From the NCBI RefSeq assembly GCF_036588685.1, contig NC_086375.1, forward strand, positions 91,698,001 to 91,762,000: DNA of 64,000 bases. The letters run 5' to 3'. The position numbers and the translations under genes are program-made. Shown in pieces: positions 12,708 to 24,853 of this stretch. A model generated the notes under the pieces. It had not been told where the DNA came from. It saw only the letters and a list, made by a program, of their open reading frames with translations, and searched no databases. Numbering within the stretch: the stretch's first letter is position 1; each line of letters starts with the position of its first letter. The stretch comes from Mytilus trossulus (taxonomy: Eukaryota).

Positions 12708-14432
12708 ATGTAAGTTTAAAGTTTGAAAAGACTCATTATGTTTTGACTTATTGACAAATTAAGGTGCTACCAAACACCTTGATTAATTAATTTGGCTTTT
12801 TTAATTTTCATAAAATTTTTACAAAATATTTAATTTGGCCCTTTGACAAAAAATATCACCTGGATAGTCATTGGATTTAGATGCAAAAATCTTTAAACTT
12901 GATGGTAAAGGAACAGTTAAAAAACACTTTATTTTAAGTATAAAAAGTTCATGTTATTATATATAATTTCAAACTTTACAAAACATAAAAAATATATACA
13001 TTGTGATTTCTGATAACCTTATAATTGTTGCGAAATATTGATCATATTTGTTGTTTACAGGTTAATCATCTGACTGCATAGAGAAGATGATCAAAAAATC
13101 AATTGAGGACAAAATTGTAATACCAAAGATGTGTATTTTTAGCAATAGTAGTTATAAGCAAAACAAATCATGTTCATATAGAGTTTCTAGGTACTATCTA
13201 CATATTAACTATTATTATGTTGAGTTAAGTCATTCTCATAGCTTTTGAGTGAAAAACTGTTTACATTCTAAAAGTGTTTTACCTATTTCAGACTCTTATT
13301 TTACCGAAATCATCTTTGTTTTGACTTTTTAAAAACTAATGAATAATCCTTAACAGTTTATATGAAACATACAGAAAAAAAACATATCGAATAAAAATGG
13401 AGAAATCAAACAATTTGAGATCAAAATGTTTTATATATCAAGTCTATATATAAAGTCTCATCTTAAAAAACCTTAGCAAAATATAAAAAAAAAAGTTATT
13501 AGTGTTGTATTTGTTTTTATTTCATTTACAATTTTTTGTAGATAATTTGTTCTAAGGTTGTACATTATGATATTTTTAACAAGATCTGATGTACATATTG
13601 TATAATTATTATTGAGATACTCCATATATATGTTTGTATGTATACATCTAGTGCCAAAATATAGTCCCTATCAAGAATTAAATCTGAACAAATTTTAGAT
13701 CTCTATGAAGAAGAACTTTCTTTTTTATTGTATTTGTGTTCTTTTACATGTAACTATATAAAACCGATATTATTATAACCTATATGCAAATCCATCTATT
13801 TTTAGCCACTTACTATTCAATTTGATATTTTAAGTTTTTTATATGTGATGTCAAATGTATGCTTTGTATGAGTATTTGTTAGTCTTTAAATATGTTACTC
13901 TTGTTTCATACAAGAATAATACATTGTCCCACTGCATTAAAGAAAACTTATATAATGATGAACAAATAATAGGTTTAGCATCATCAGCTAGACTTTTTAA
14001 CTGCATTCTTTTACATTTTGTTTGCCCAAAGAATACTCAAAACACAATGCTCAGCTTCTTTTATTCTGCTCAAATAGATTAATTTTATAATTATAACAAG
14101 CACACCGCCAGGATTTAATGCTTGTAAGGGGTACCCCAAAAAATTATGATTAACCTAGTTAAGCAACAGTATAAAAACAAACCCATGCAAATCAAAGACA
14201 TTTTATTGATTTAATAGGTTGAATCTGCCCCATGTATTAAGCATTTTGACCTTATTTTGGGAGAGTAGTTGTATTTGTATTGTATATTGTAGAATTCTTA
14301 TAATAGTTATAATCCATGTTTTCAAAAACATTCAATGGTTCTGATAGGTGCTATAAGTAATATTAGTAGTATCAAGTTAAGGCTGTTACTAAAATAAGAT
14401 ATTGTACTGCATCCTGATAAATTCTAATGCTC

Positions 14433-14438
14433 AATAAA
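14433..14438 (+). terminator. Candidate polyadenylation signal of the nidogen gene
   Basis: AATAAA at the end of a long AT-rich 3' UTR-like stretch, followed by a T-rich tract; an earlier AATAAA at ~13390 is an alternative. Confidence 0.4.
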
Positions 14439-14717
14439 AATGTTACATCACTTTTAATATTTGTTTTCATTTTCCATTACCTCTTCAGTCAGTTCCCTCT
14501 GGATCAAAGATGGAAACTTGACTTTCATGTGCATCTTGGTGTTTGCCTTGATGTTTGAAGATCTGTGTAAACCTGTGGGTCCACTGAATACTTTTTAAAC
14601 ATGTTTATAATCTACTATGAACAAGACTGATGAAAAAAGATGCATCATTATCAGTCTGTACTTGCTCTTCTTTGTCCTACCTATATACAGTTTTGCAGTT
14701 AAATTCAGTTCTTAATT

Positions 14718-15026
14718 AACAAGAATGTGTCCACAGTACACGGATGCCCCACTCGCACTATCATTTTCTATGTTTACTGGACCATGAAATTGGAATAAAT
14801 TTTCTAATTTGGCATTAAAATTAGAATGATCTTATCAAAGGGAACATGTATACTAAGTTTCAAGTTGATTGGACTTCAACTTCATCAAAAACTACCTTGA
14901 CCAAAAAATTTAACCTGAAGTGTTACAGACGGACGAACAAACAGACAGACGGACGGACGGACGAACGGACAAACGGACGCACAGACCAGAAAACATAATG
15001 CCCCTCTACTATTGTAGGTGGGGCAT
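14718..15026 (-). mobile_element. Short HINE-type element; partial copy at ~5281-5500
   Basis: ATGCCCCAC / GTGGGGCAT sub-terminal IR, GACG/GACA microsatellite ~14927-14985, terminal hairpins. Confidence 0.7.
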
Positions 15027-17711
15027 TTTTTAAAATGTATTTGCTAAAATATTTATATTTGAAAAAAATCCATCCATTGTATATGTAGAACAACACTGTC
15101 CAGCAATAACTATATTGTATGGTTGAGTGATAATGGTTAAGTATTTCATTTAAAGGTTCCTTTGTAATAAACCTATCTTCCTATGCACAAAATACAGTGC
15201 TGTATTTAACAAGGCTGAATTTACAAAGACCATATTTGATTGGTTTGAATTTCGGTGCATTTCTCAGAATTCCATTGTAATATATTAGTGACACTGTGCT
15301 GATAAAAGCCTGCAAATATCCAATTCTCTTACTGATGGTGCTATATTTCTATGTTGTAGTTCAGTAAAAAAAGTTCAAGGTATTTAGAAGTCCTTTTAGG
15401 ATCACTATGACTAAAGTCTAAAGTCAGGTTCCAAGAATGCAATCATGTAGTAAGGTTATCAAGCGAAACCATAGAATTTAAGTCAGGTGGAACATTAGAT
15501 TTAATTTTGCTTTTGTTTTGCCTGCAATGTGATTGAATGATTGTCGTTGCATAATGTCCAGTGGAAAGTATTTCAGACATTTTTCATGATGACGATCTTA
15601 GAATGAGACCCATTAATCTGGTGGCCATGACTCGAAAATACTTGCATAAAGCTCAATATTTCAGAAGCTAGAAGTGATGCTTCATATTAAAGTATAAAGA
15701 TGATTTATTATCTGAGGTTTTCATCTGTCATCATATCTATTGTCATCATATATATAAGTGAATTTATCACTTCAAGACTATTTCAGGATATCCTTCAATG
15801 TGTTATGAGGTCCATAGAAATTTCAAGACCTCCATAATTCGATCAGCATGACCGTAAGTCGATTTCATGAATCCCGTAATTCGATTTATGACAATCCAAA
15901 ACAGTTAAGACTGAGTCTAATCAAGGAGGTCAAAATATTGCGTGGTCTAATGAAACAGACGGAACAACTTGTTAGTTTAACTATTTCACGTCACATTTTC
16001 CTTCACAATCCGTTATCCATATCTGGTTAACATGAAAGCAGAGACACGTTTGAGGTAAATGGCTCTGCTGGCAGTATCATATGTATTGAATGTTCAGTTT
16101 AAACGCAGTTCAGAAGTATTATGCTTATGTTTTCCCTCAACAAAGTATATGGTGTAATCTGTTTGCATTGGAATAATCAATCCCTGATTGGGAACATTGA
16201 TATGCATATAATGAGGTCTCAGTAGTAATCTCAATGCTCTGAATTCTAAATCTTCCACCTATCCACTGTGGGTATGGTCTGAGTGGGAGTGTTGTGTTTG
16301 TTATATTTAATTTTCTTTTTCCATATAAAATTTCAAATTAATACGCCCCTTTTATCACAGTTTCAAAATTCTATATGTCTTCAATTAATTTTGGTTTCCA
16401 TGTTTACATAGTCGAGACAAATCTAGATGAAACTGTTCAATGGTTCACTTTCATTCATAACTTTCAATTAGTTAGTGGCAACGATGATAATACCACGATA
16501 CACTCTTCATATATTATACTGGCCCCAAATAAGAAAGACTGCCAATGGACAGCTTTGATTTGCATTTAAGCTTGTAAAACCTTTAGAACCAAATTTTGAA
16601 TCATATGTCTTGTAGGATAGCGAAACATGTAGCGAGTCCCAACCAACACCCTTAAAAAATAACACCTGGCATACCACATGCATTAATTTTGTTTTTATCC
16701 AACATCTATCCGTTTGTATTGTCCCTTAGTACCTTATTCGATATGACCTCCTCTGTAGTCTAAAATGGTACTTATATTAGTAATCCCATTGGATGCGGAT
16801 CTGAGAGGCCTTCTATAAAAAGTGTTCCTTAAGTTGAAGGAACAGGATAGTGTGTATCAATTAATAAAATCTCTACATGCATGCACATATTAAACTGAAA
16901 AAAAGCAAAAGGAACAACGTTATTTTTAAGACTAGAAATAGGAAGATGTGGTGTGCCAATGAGACAACTCTCCATCCAAATAACAATTTATAAAAGTAAA
17001 CCATTAAGACTAGTCCGTTATTGCTAGAACCCACAATAACTTTCTTTCAGAGAGTTTTGTATCGGACATGTGTTTTGAAGACGATAGATTTTAGTTCAAA
17101 TTAGTTTTAGACACGTGCTTGATAAAGTCATACACCAACCAGAGACACCTAAATATGCTGAGAAAGTATGTGCCAATATTGTGTTCTTGGACATCTATTT
17201 TTTAGATTAACATGGATAAGCCTAATGCCGTACTGAAGATTCTTACAATATCTCCTATCCAAATTATAGTTACAACTAACTGAACGAGAAAATTACAGTT
17301 TTTATTGCAGCTAACATTAACTTGTCTGCATGTCGGAAATCTAATTTACAAAAATCTATACACATAATGCCACTTGCTCTATATTTACTTGTTCTTAACG
17401 GTTAGATGTAATATCCATATAGTTGTCAATTGCATAATTTCCAATATCTATACATAAAACGACCGTTTTAGAAATCAAGGAATTATAATACATCGGATAG
17501 TTAATGGTAAATGCGTTCTTTTACGAGGGAACTCTAAGTCAAATGTATGTCTTTTTTCTCATTTGACTTCTGTAAAGATTGAGTTTATTATAACATAAGG
17601 AAGTGACAAGGATAAAATACAACTTGTTGAAAGTTATCACCATTCTCCCACAAGAGCCCCCTTGAATTGTAATGTGCGCACGTACATTATCGCATGCACA
17701 GTAAAAAAAAA

Positions 17712-20700
17712 ATGGATGGAATTCTTCTGTGTGTGTTTATCTGCCTGTGTGCAATTGGAACAGTTTTATGTAAAACAGGTAAATACAAATTTACATTTGT
17801 TCCAATAATAACTTAATTTACTGTTCTGATTATGAATAAATTGTCTTTGCTTTTATGTCTTTGAGATCGATTGTAACAAAACAATGAAGGTCAAATACGA
17901 TTAAGTTATAGTTTTATATGATACACACACGATGTTGTAAACAGCTATAAAACGCAATAAGGGAAAGAAAAGTAATAAGTCTTGCATGGTAGCATATGAT
18001 ATGTATAAATTTAAAATATTTTAGACATAAGGTTTTAATCATGTTAATAGTGCGGTTGAAAGATTATATATTGTTCAGATATATATATTATTGGATTTCA
18101 AAACTGATCTGAATTGATTTGATCCTAAGTATGATACTCCTTCTTAATTTCTGTCTATGCATTGCTGGGTATGAGTAAATCTAATGTAGTTTTAAACGAT
18201 TATTCAACATGTAAATTCCACATTTATAGAGATTTTAACTAGGAACTTCCACAGTAAATCAGGGCTTGTTTTGCTCAAACTGACGAAACTCCATGTTAAC
18301 AGTATATAAACTTCACATCAAACACGTCTAAATCGAAAGTTATGAACCATAGAATATATGTCACAACGTATAGATTTGTTTAATGACCAGTGGCAAATAT
18401 TTCAAACATATGCAGGACTAGGAAAATGACATACTTTTCAAAAAAGTAAGTTGACTGGGGTAGAACGTTTTTGACATATATCCAATGGAAACTGAAGGTA
18501 TATTGGAAAGTTCAGATAGTGTTCTGTGCAATAAATTAAGCCACCTATGGACCCATCAAATAGTTGTTATAAAGGTTTCCACGGGACCTCGGAGTTAAAG
18601 TCCATTACAACTGAGCGGAGTAGCCCACATAAGACCCTCTGCTTAGCATTTGACATTTAATCCAGGGGAAAGACATCCAGGATGTCCATATCTATTAACC
18701 CTGTCCTGATCTGATTTATGTGTTTATAACAAAAAATGCAATAGTTTGATAAATAAAAATAAGGTGATGTGGTACGATTGCCAGTGAGACTATCCACTAA
18801 AGTTCAAATGAAGTAGATGTAAGCAATTATAGAATGTTATCGACGGTATGTGTGTGCTGATTCGCCGCAAAGTTGTATATATGTTAATAAAACATTTTTA
18901 TACGGATTATGTGGTCGAACTTGTCTGTGGGTTCTGACAGTGATTTTAGCTACCTCTAAAAGATAGTGCACCATAATATGGCCGTCAGCAAAGGTCAATT
19001 CAAGATTCTTTACTATTTTCTTAACCTGAATATCACAAGACTAAGAGATAAATATACATATTTCACCGGTATAGGCCTACAAACTTTGTACCAATATTAT
19101 ATAGATATATCAATAGTATTGAGTAGTGTGCAGATACTAGAACATCGCCGTATGTGAAATGCTGTTATATAAACAATCAACAAATCCCCAATGTCATACG
19201 TTTAGTCATATCTCATTCATTATTTGAAACGCCATTTATGATTACTCTGCATCAAATAGGAACAGCTATATGATTAATTGATTTTGTATAACTTTTACTA
19301 TTAAAATGGCATTGCAATCAATAGAAATATTCACCATCGTGTTTTCATGTATAACCTGTTGTTTTGAAGATGTATATATGAACAAATTAGAAAACTCATG
19401 TCTCATGTTCCATGGGCAATGCCGGGTTTGCCATGGACATGAGGAATATTGCTTGTCAGGACCCGGCAGTCACACATAACAGAAATACATGTACTTGATC
19501 GGGGCCTTTTATAGCTGATTATGCGGTATCGGATTTGCTCATTGTTGAAGGCCGTACGGTTACCTATAGTTGTTAATGTCTGTGTCATTTTGGTCTTTTG
19601 TGGATAGTTGTCTCATTGTCAATAATACCACATCTTCTTTTTTATATAAAAGAAATAAAAAAGTTTTTTTCCAAATAAACATTGATAAACATTAAGACAA
19701 CAAACACCATAATCATATAATTTTGATTTACACTTTTTTGTTGTTTGACATGTTTGACAATAGATATTATAATAACTGCAAACACCATTACCATTTATTT
19801 GTGGCTTTGACATAAATATTATAATAACTATAAACACCATTACATTTTTTTGTGCTCATAACATTTGATGATGTTTTCTCTTAGATGAGTTTAGTTGCCA
19901 TGAATGTCGATCAGATACGCAGCCATTGTGTGCAGATGAATTTGGAGGAAAAGACAACAAATTCCTGAAACCTTGCAACATGTCGGACGAAAGTATGACT
20001 GTTTCCTGTAGAAAAGAGGTTAACAAGGTTCAACCATATAAAGGTAAGACAAATGAAAAGCAAAAGTAAAACACAGAAAAAAAACAAGAAAATAGTTTAA
20101 CCCGAATAGGATGGGGTCGTATGCCGGTGTCGTATGCCCATGCCTAGTAATGACAATGTCATAAGAGTAATCAATGTTTGAGACATAGCTAAAACTTCCT
20201 CATTTAATTCCCCAACAATATTAATGAAATAAGTCCCATTTAATTGTTACCACAGAAACAATGACTGCGAATCAATATAATGATTCAACATCCACATAAC
20301 AATTAAGATAACGTAATCAAGATGGCAGAGAACAAATGACATTTGATTACTAATGACAGAAAACAGGCCAAGGCCACCAATGAATCTTCAAAACAGCGAG
20401 AACATCCCGCACCCAAAACAAGAATTTATTCATCGAAAATAGGCACCACACTAAAACCCGATACAAATAAATTAAACAAAAGACCTTGCGGTTGTACTAG
20501 TATATTGGTGTCACGTCGTCGTCAGCGTCGTATGAAGACGGATGGTTTCTGGATAATGACCTTGGGTTTGATTTTGGGGGCTAATGTCCCTAAGGTTAAG
20601 AAATTAGGGGCCCAAAGGGGCCCAAAACAAGCATTTATCTAGTTTCAGGACAATAAGTTGTGTATAAGAATTTCAACTGTTCCGAAATTATACCACAATG

Positions 20701-21877
20701 TTTAATACCATAAGTAGAAGGTTGGATATATGTTAAGGGTTATGGAGCAAACAGTCTAGATATAATGGACCAAAAAGGGGGAAAAAAACCCAAGAATTTT
20801 GTAGTTTCAAGTCAATAAATTGGAGTTATCTTTCTTTGTCTAGAATGGTTGTTGATTTACCTAAAACCAATGCTTTATGAAATTTCTTTGAAAATTCGAG
20901 TTATCTTTCTGTGTCTAGAATAGTAGTTGAATCAACTTAAATCAATGCTATATACACTATACAATCCAATACTCACTTTACTACCAACTGATAAATTAAA
21001 GCATAACATGCATTACCATTCTATGGTTATGCCCCTTTACAAGTGGAAAAATTGAAGAATTTTTTAGTTTCTGTTCTCTTAACTTTTCTTCAATTTTAGG
21101 CAGCTTTACTTTTACAGTTCTTGAGTTATGTCCCTTTATAACGTTATATGCTAGCGGGGGCATCATCTGTGTCCTTTTGGACACATTCCCCATTCAATTT
21201 TCCTAATATTAATTTAAACCATGACTGTACGACATTTCATGTTTTGATATTTTATGATGTATATAAATGAGTAGTTATTGTTGTAAACTCCATTCGAAAT
21301 TTAAAGTGAGATCGTTTTTGGAATTAGGGTAAGGGGGAGGTGAAAATAAGGGGGGGGGGGGGGGTCATTTTTTTTCTCATTACAGATTTCAGAATTTAAA
21401 AAGAAAATTTCTTCAAAAAAGCAAAAAAATTCTTTAACGTAAGACCACATTCATACATTCATTCTGTGTCAGAAACCTATGCTGTGTCAACTATTTAATC
21501 ACAATCCAAATTCAGAGCTGTATCCTGCTTGAATGTTGTGTCCATGCTTATCCCAACCGTTCAGGGTTAGACCTCTGCGGTCGTATAAAGCTGCGCCCTG
21601 CAGAGCATCCGGATACAACTGTAATTACGATTAAACTTTGTTGTTACGGTTTTTTTTTTTAAATTTCCAATGAAGATTTTTGATTTGTACCTTTTCAGGT
21701 GCAATGATTATCCGAAGCTGTTACTATACAGAAGGATTTAAACCCGAAGAAGAAATAGACGTCTATGGTTCAACTTACTGGAATTGTTTTGATTACGGAT
21801 GTAATGGACAACAATCAATGAAATCTACATTTAGTTTGATAGGATTTATAATAACAATTTATAATATATTGCGATGA
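17712..21877 (+). CDS. Quiver/sleepless-like Ly6/uPAR (three-finger) protein, probably GPI-anchored
   Basis: Exons 17712-17778, 19885-20043, 21699-21877 (phase 1-1). Signal peptide MDGILLCVFICLCAIGTVLC, then FSCHECRS..PLCADEF..PC..SCRK..IIRSC..NCFDYGCNG and a hydrophobic C-terminal tail. Confidence 0.8.
20505..21615 (+). mobile_element. Degraded/nested HINE-type elements in intron 2 of the Ly6 gene
   Basis: CGT microsatellite at ~20515, 3' motif GCGGGGGCATCATCTGTGTCC..GGACACATT (~21155-21190) whose reverse complement also occurs at ~29910 and ~31770. Confidence 0.5.
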
Positions 21878-22050
21878 ATCACAATATCAGCATATTTCAT
21901 TTATGCAATGTTTTGTTAAATGTTCAGTGGAGAGTATTACGCGAAAGCTTTTTTTTTTTAGAGTTCACGGCGGGAGTAGAACGCGAAAGCTTGCTTAAGA
22001 TTGCTTTTTTTATGTTGCTGCTATCAACTAATATTGCTGCAATTTACTAC

Positions 22051-22240
22051 TGTAAACTACAATGTGCTACTTTAAACTACAATGTGCTACTTTGAACTAC
22101 AATGTGCTACTTTGAACTACAATGTTCTTCTTTGAACTACAATGTGCTACTTTGAACTACAATGTGCTACTTTAAACTACAATGTGTTACTTCAAACTTC
22201 AGTGAGCTACTTTAAATTACAATGTGCTGCTGTAAACTAT
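22051..22240 (+). repeat. 20-bp minisatellite, about 9.5 copies
   Basis: Unit AATGTGCTACTTT(A/G)AACTAC repeated head to tail. Confidence 0.95.
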
Positions 22241-23499
22241 AGATAGTTTATTACATTTTAGTTGCTGTCGCCAGACGAGTAAAGGTTTTAAATATTATAT
22301 AGTTAGGAAAGTTGTTTATCATTCCAATGATTTTATACATTTAACCTGTAGAATTAGGTGGCAATATACAAAAAAATGTTAAAAAAAAATGTTGATATTA
22401 TTAATTGTATCCATATACAACTGTCTACCTTATTATAATTAAATCAAAGAAAGCAATGCTAGTCTCTATCTTGTCATACTTATTTATTTAGAAACTACCC
22501 CATCACAACGGGGGCAATTGCGGACGGGGTGTCCACAAATGCGTCTACAGTCTTCAATATAAGCCCAAGAATTTGCATCAAAATGATGTTGAATAAAAAG
22601 TGAACTTATCTCCTGCACCACATAGAAAACACAATATTTTCAAATTAAACTGTCACATCAATTATATTATGTTAGTTCACAGATGCCACATGCTTTCTTT
22701 CTCAATTTATAGGTGACAATTGCAAGAAGAGATTAAAATAAATACACAATACCAATCAAGAAATGTATCTTTTTCTTTCTTATAAATATGTGATTTTGAT
22801 TTTTTTACAAAATTTAATTTTTTCAATAAATTGCAAGATTAAAATATTAAAAAAAACATCATTAAAATTAATTGGGTTTTCAAATTAATCTTAAAAGTCA
22901 GGATAAACAACACCAAGAACATTTCCCCAAAAAAAAAACCACCAAAAATTAAGAAAAAAGGGGGAGGGTTAACCCCACAGGTGCCTGTGCATTTTCCCTA
23001 AACTTTTAAAGTTTAACAATTTTGTGTTTTAAACATCTGTTTGTAGTAATAATATCAGTCGCCTTATCAGTATGAAATGACAGATTTATAGCACTACTTA
23101 ACCATTTTTTAATTGAGAGAAGATATGAAATTTTCACTTTCTTGTGCATGGATGTTGGACTGTCTAACAGCATGTGCAATGAATATATATATAGACAAGT
23201 TAAAGTATTCATATAACATTTTCAGATTTAAAATTGGTACATTGTAAAATAAGGCATCCTCCTCTTACATAAGAGAAATAAACATTATGTACAATATAAA
23301 AATATGAGCTAAACTGAAAGTAACGTAAAAAATTTTTACATAAACAAATACCATTTAAAGTTTAGGTTCCATTGATTTTAGAATCTAAGTATACCCCAGA
23401 AAGCACTGTGTTTTTTTTTCTTTGTACAATGCATTCCTCGTTTGAGTATCTTTCTGAAAATTAAACGGTCGCCATTGTGACTTGGTAGCATTGAATATC

Positions 23500-23830
23500 T
23501 GTAAAATTGAGAATGGAAATGGGGAATGTGTCAAAGAGATAACAGCCCCACCATAGAACAGACAACAGAAAAAGGCCACCAATAGGTCTTCAATGCAACG
23601 ATAAACTCCCGCACCCGGACGAGTCCTTCAGCTGGCCTCTAAACACATATGTTACTAGTTCATCGATAATGGACGACATACTAAACTCCGACTTATACAC
23701 AAGAAACTAAAATTAAAAATCATACAAGACTAACAAAAGCCAGAGGCTCCTGACCTGGGACGGAGCAAAATTGCGGCGGGGTTAAACATGTTTTCTGAGA
23801 TATCAACCCACCCCCTATACCTCTAGCCAA
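23500..23830 (+). repeat. Interspersed repeat family B
   Basis: AAAATTGAGAATGGAAATGGGGAATGTGTCAAAGAGA...; related copies at ~10440-10510 (+) and ~32826-33130 (-). Confidence 0.75.
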
Positions 23831-24853
23831 TGTAGAAAACAAACGCACAATACGCATAGTAAAACTCAGTTTAAGAGAAGTGCGAGTCTGATGTCAGAAT
23901 AAGTAACAGAAGAAACTGAACAAAATTACAATAATACATAAATTAATAAAGCACTACAAGCACTTACTGACATTCCAGCTCCAGACCTTTTTCATTGATT
24001 TTTTTTTCATTTTCAAGAAATAGCATTAATAGAAAAAAGGTAAAGATTGCTTTCTATTTTTTTTTATTTTTACCAAAAATGGACTAACAACCACTAGTTT
24101 GGCAGTGAACAAAATAGTTTCTTATTTGACAGCAGTATTCATACCAATTCAACAACAAAATGCCAAGAAAAAACTATTTAAACAGCATTATCAATTTACA
24201 AGAAAATGAACGAAAAACAAATAGGTAACAAACGACAACCACTGGATTACCGGTTCCTGACTTGGAACAGGCACATATATACATAATGTGGCCTGTTACT
24301 GGCGACGTAAATCCAGAAAAGCGCTACGGAAGTACGAAATTTAATATTTTCATCAGCTTTCGCTGTTCTGCACCAAGATTTACAGAGAAAGAAGGGAGAC
24401 ATTCCTTCCAATGGCGCGTTGGGAATAAACCCCCTTTTTCCATTTATTTGTTTTTATTTTTCAATGTCAACGTCGGATGCAATAGGTGTATAGATAAAAA
24501 CTAAAATACTGAACTCTGAGGAAAAATCAAAACAAAAAGTCCCTAATTATATGACAAATTTAACATTTCAAACACTTTAAATGAATGTTTACAACAACAA
24601 CTGTCATATTCCAAACTTTTTTCAAACTATTTTCAAATTGTATTACTGTTTAGCTAGTATAACTGTTAAATTCCAGTCGGCATTCGATGTGTTGTACTAT
24701 ACCCGGTGAAAGACAAGTCATGGTCACACATGTCCGTTTCAAGAGATTTAAATTCCTTATCATGTAGTATCAGATAGTGCCATACAAACAAAGTCTCATA
24801 TTATCGTAAGTCTATCTATGATAAGGATGTCGTAATGATACATCCTTACTAAA

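Noticed and set aside
15545-16900. Slightly GC-richer intergenic stretch that might be a pseudogene or decayed transposon
   Set aside because: No recognisable motif or sustained frame on either strand by eye; needs a translated search.
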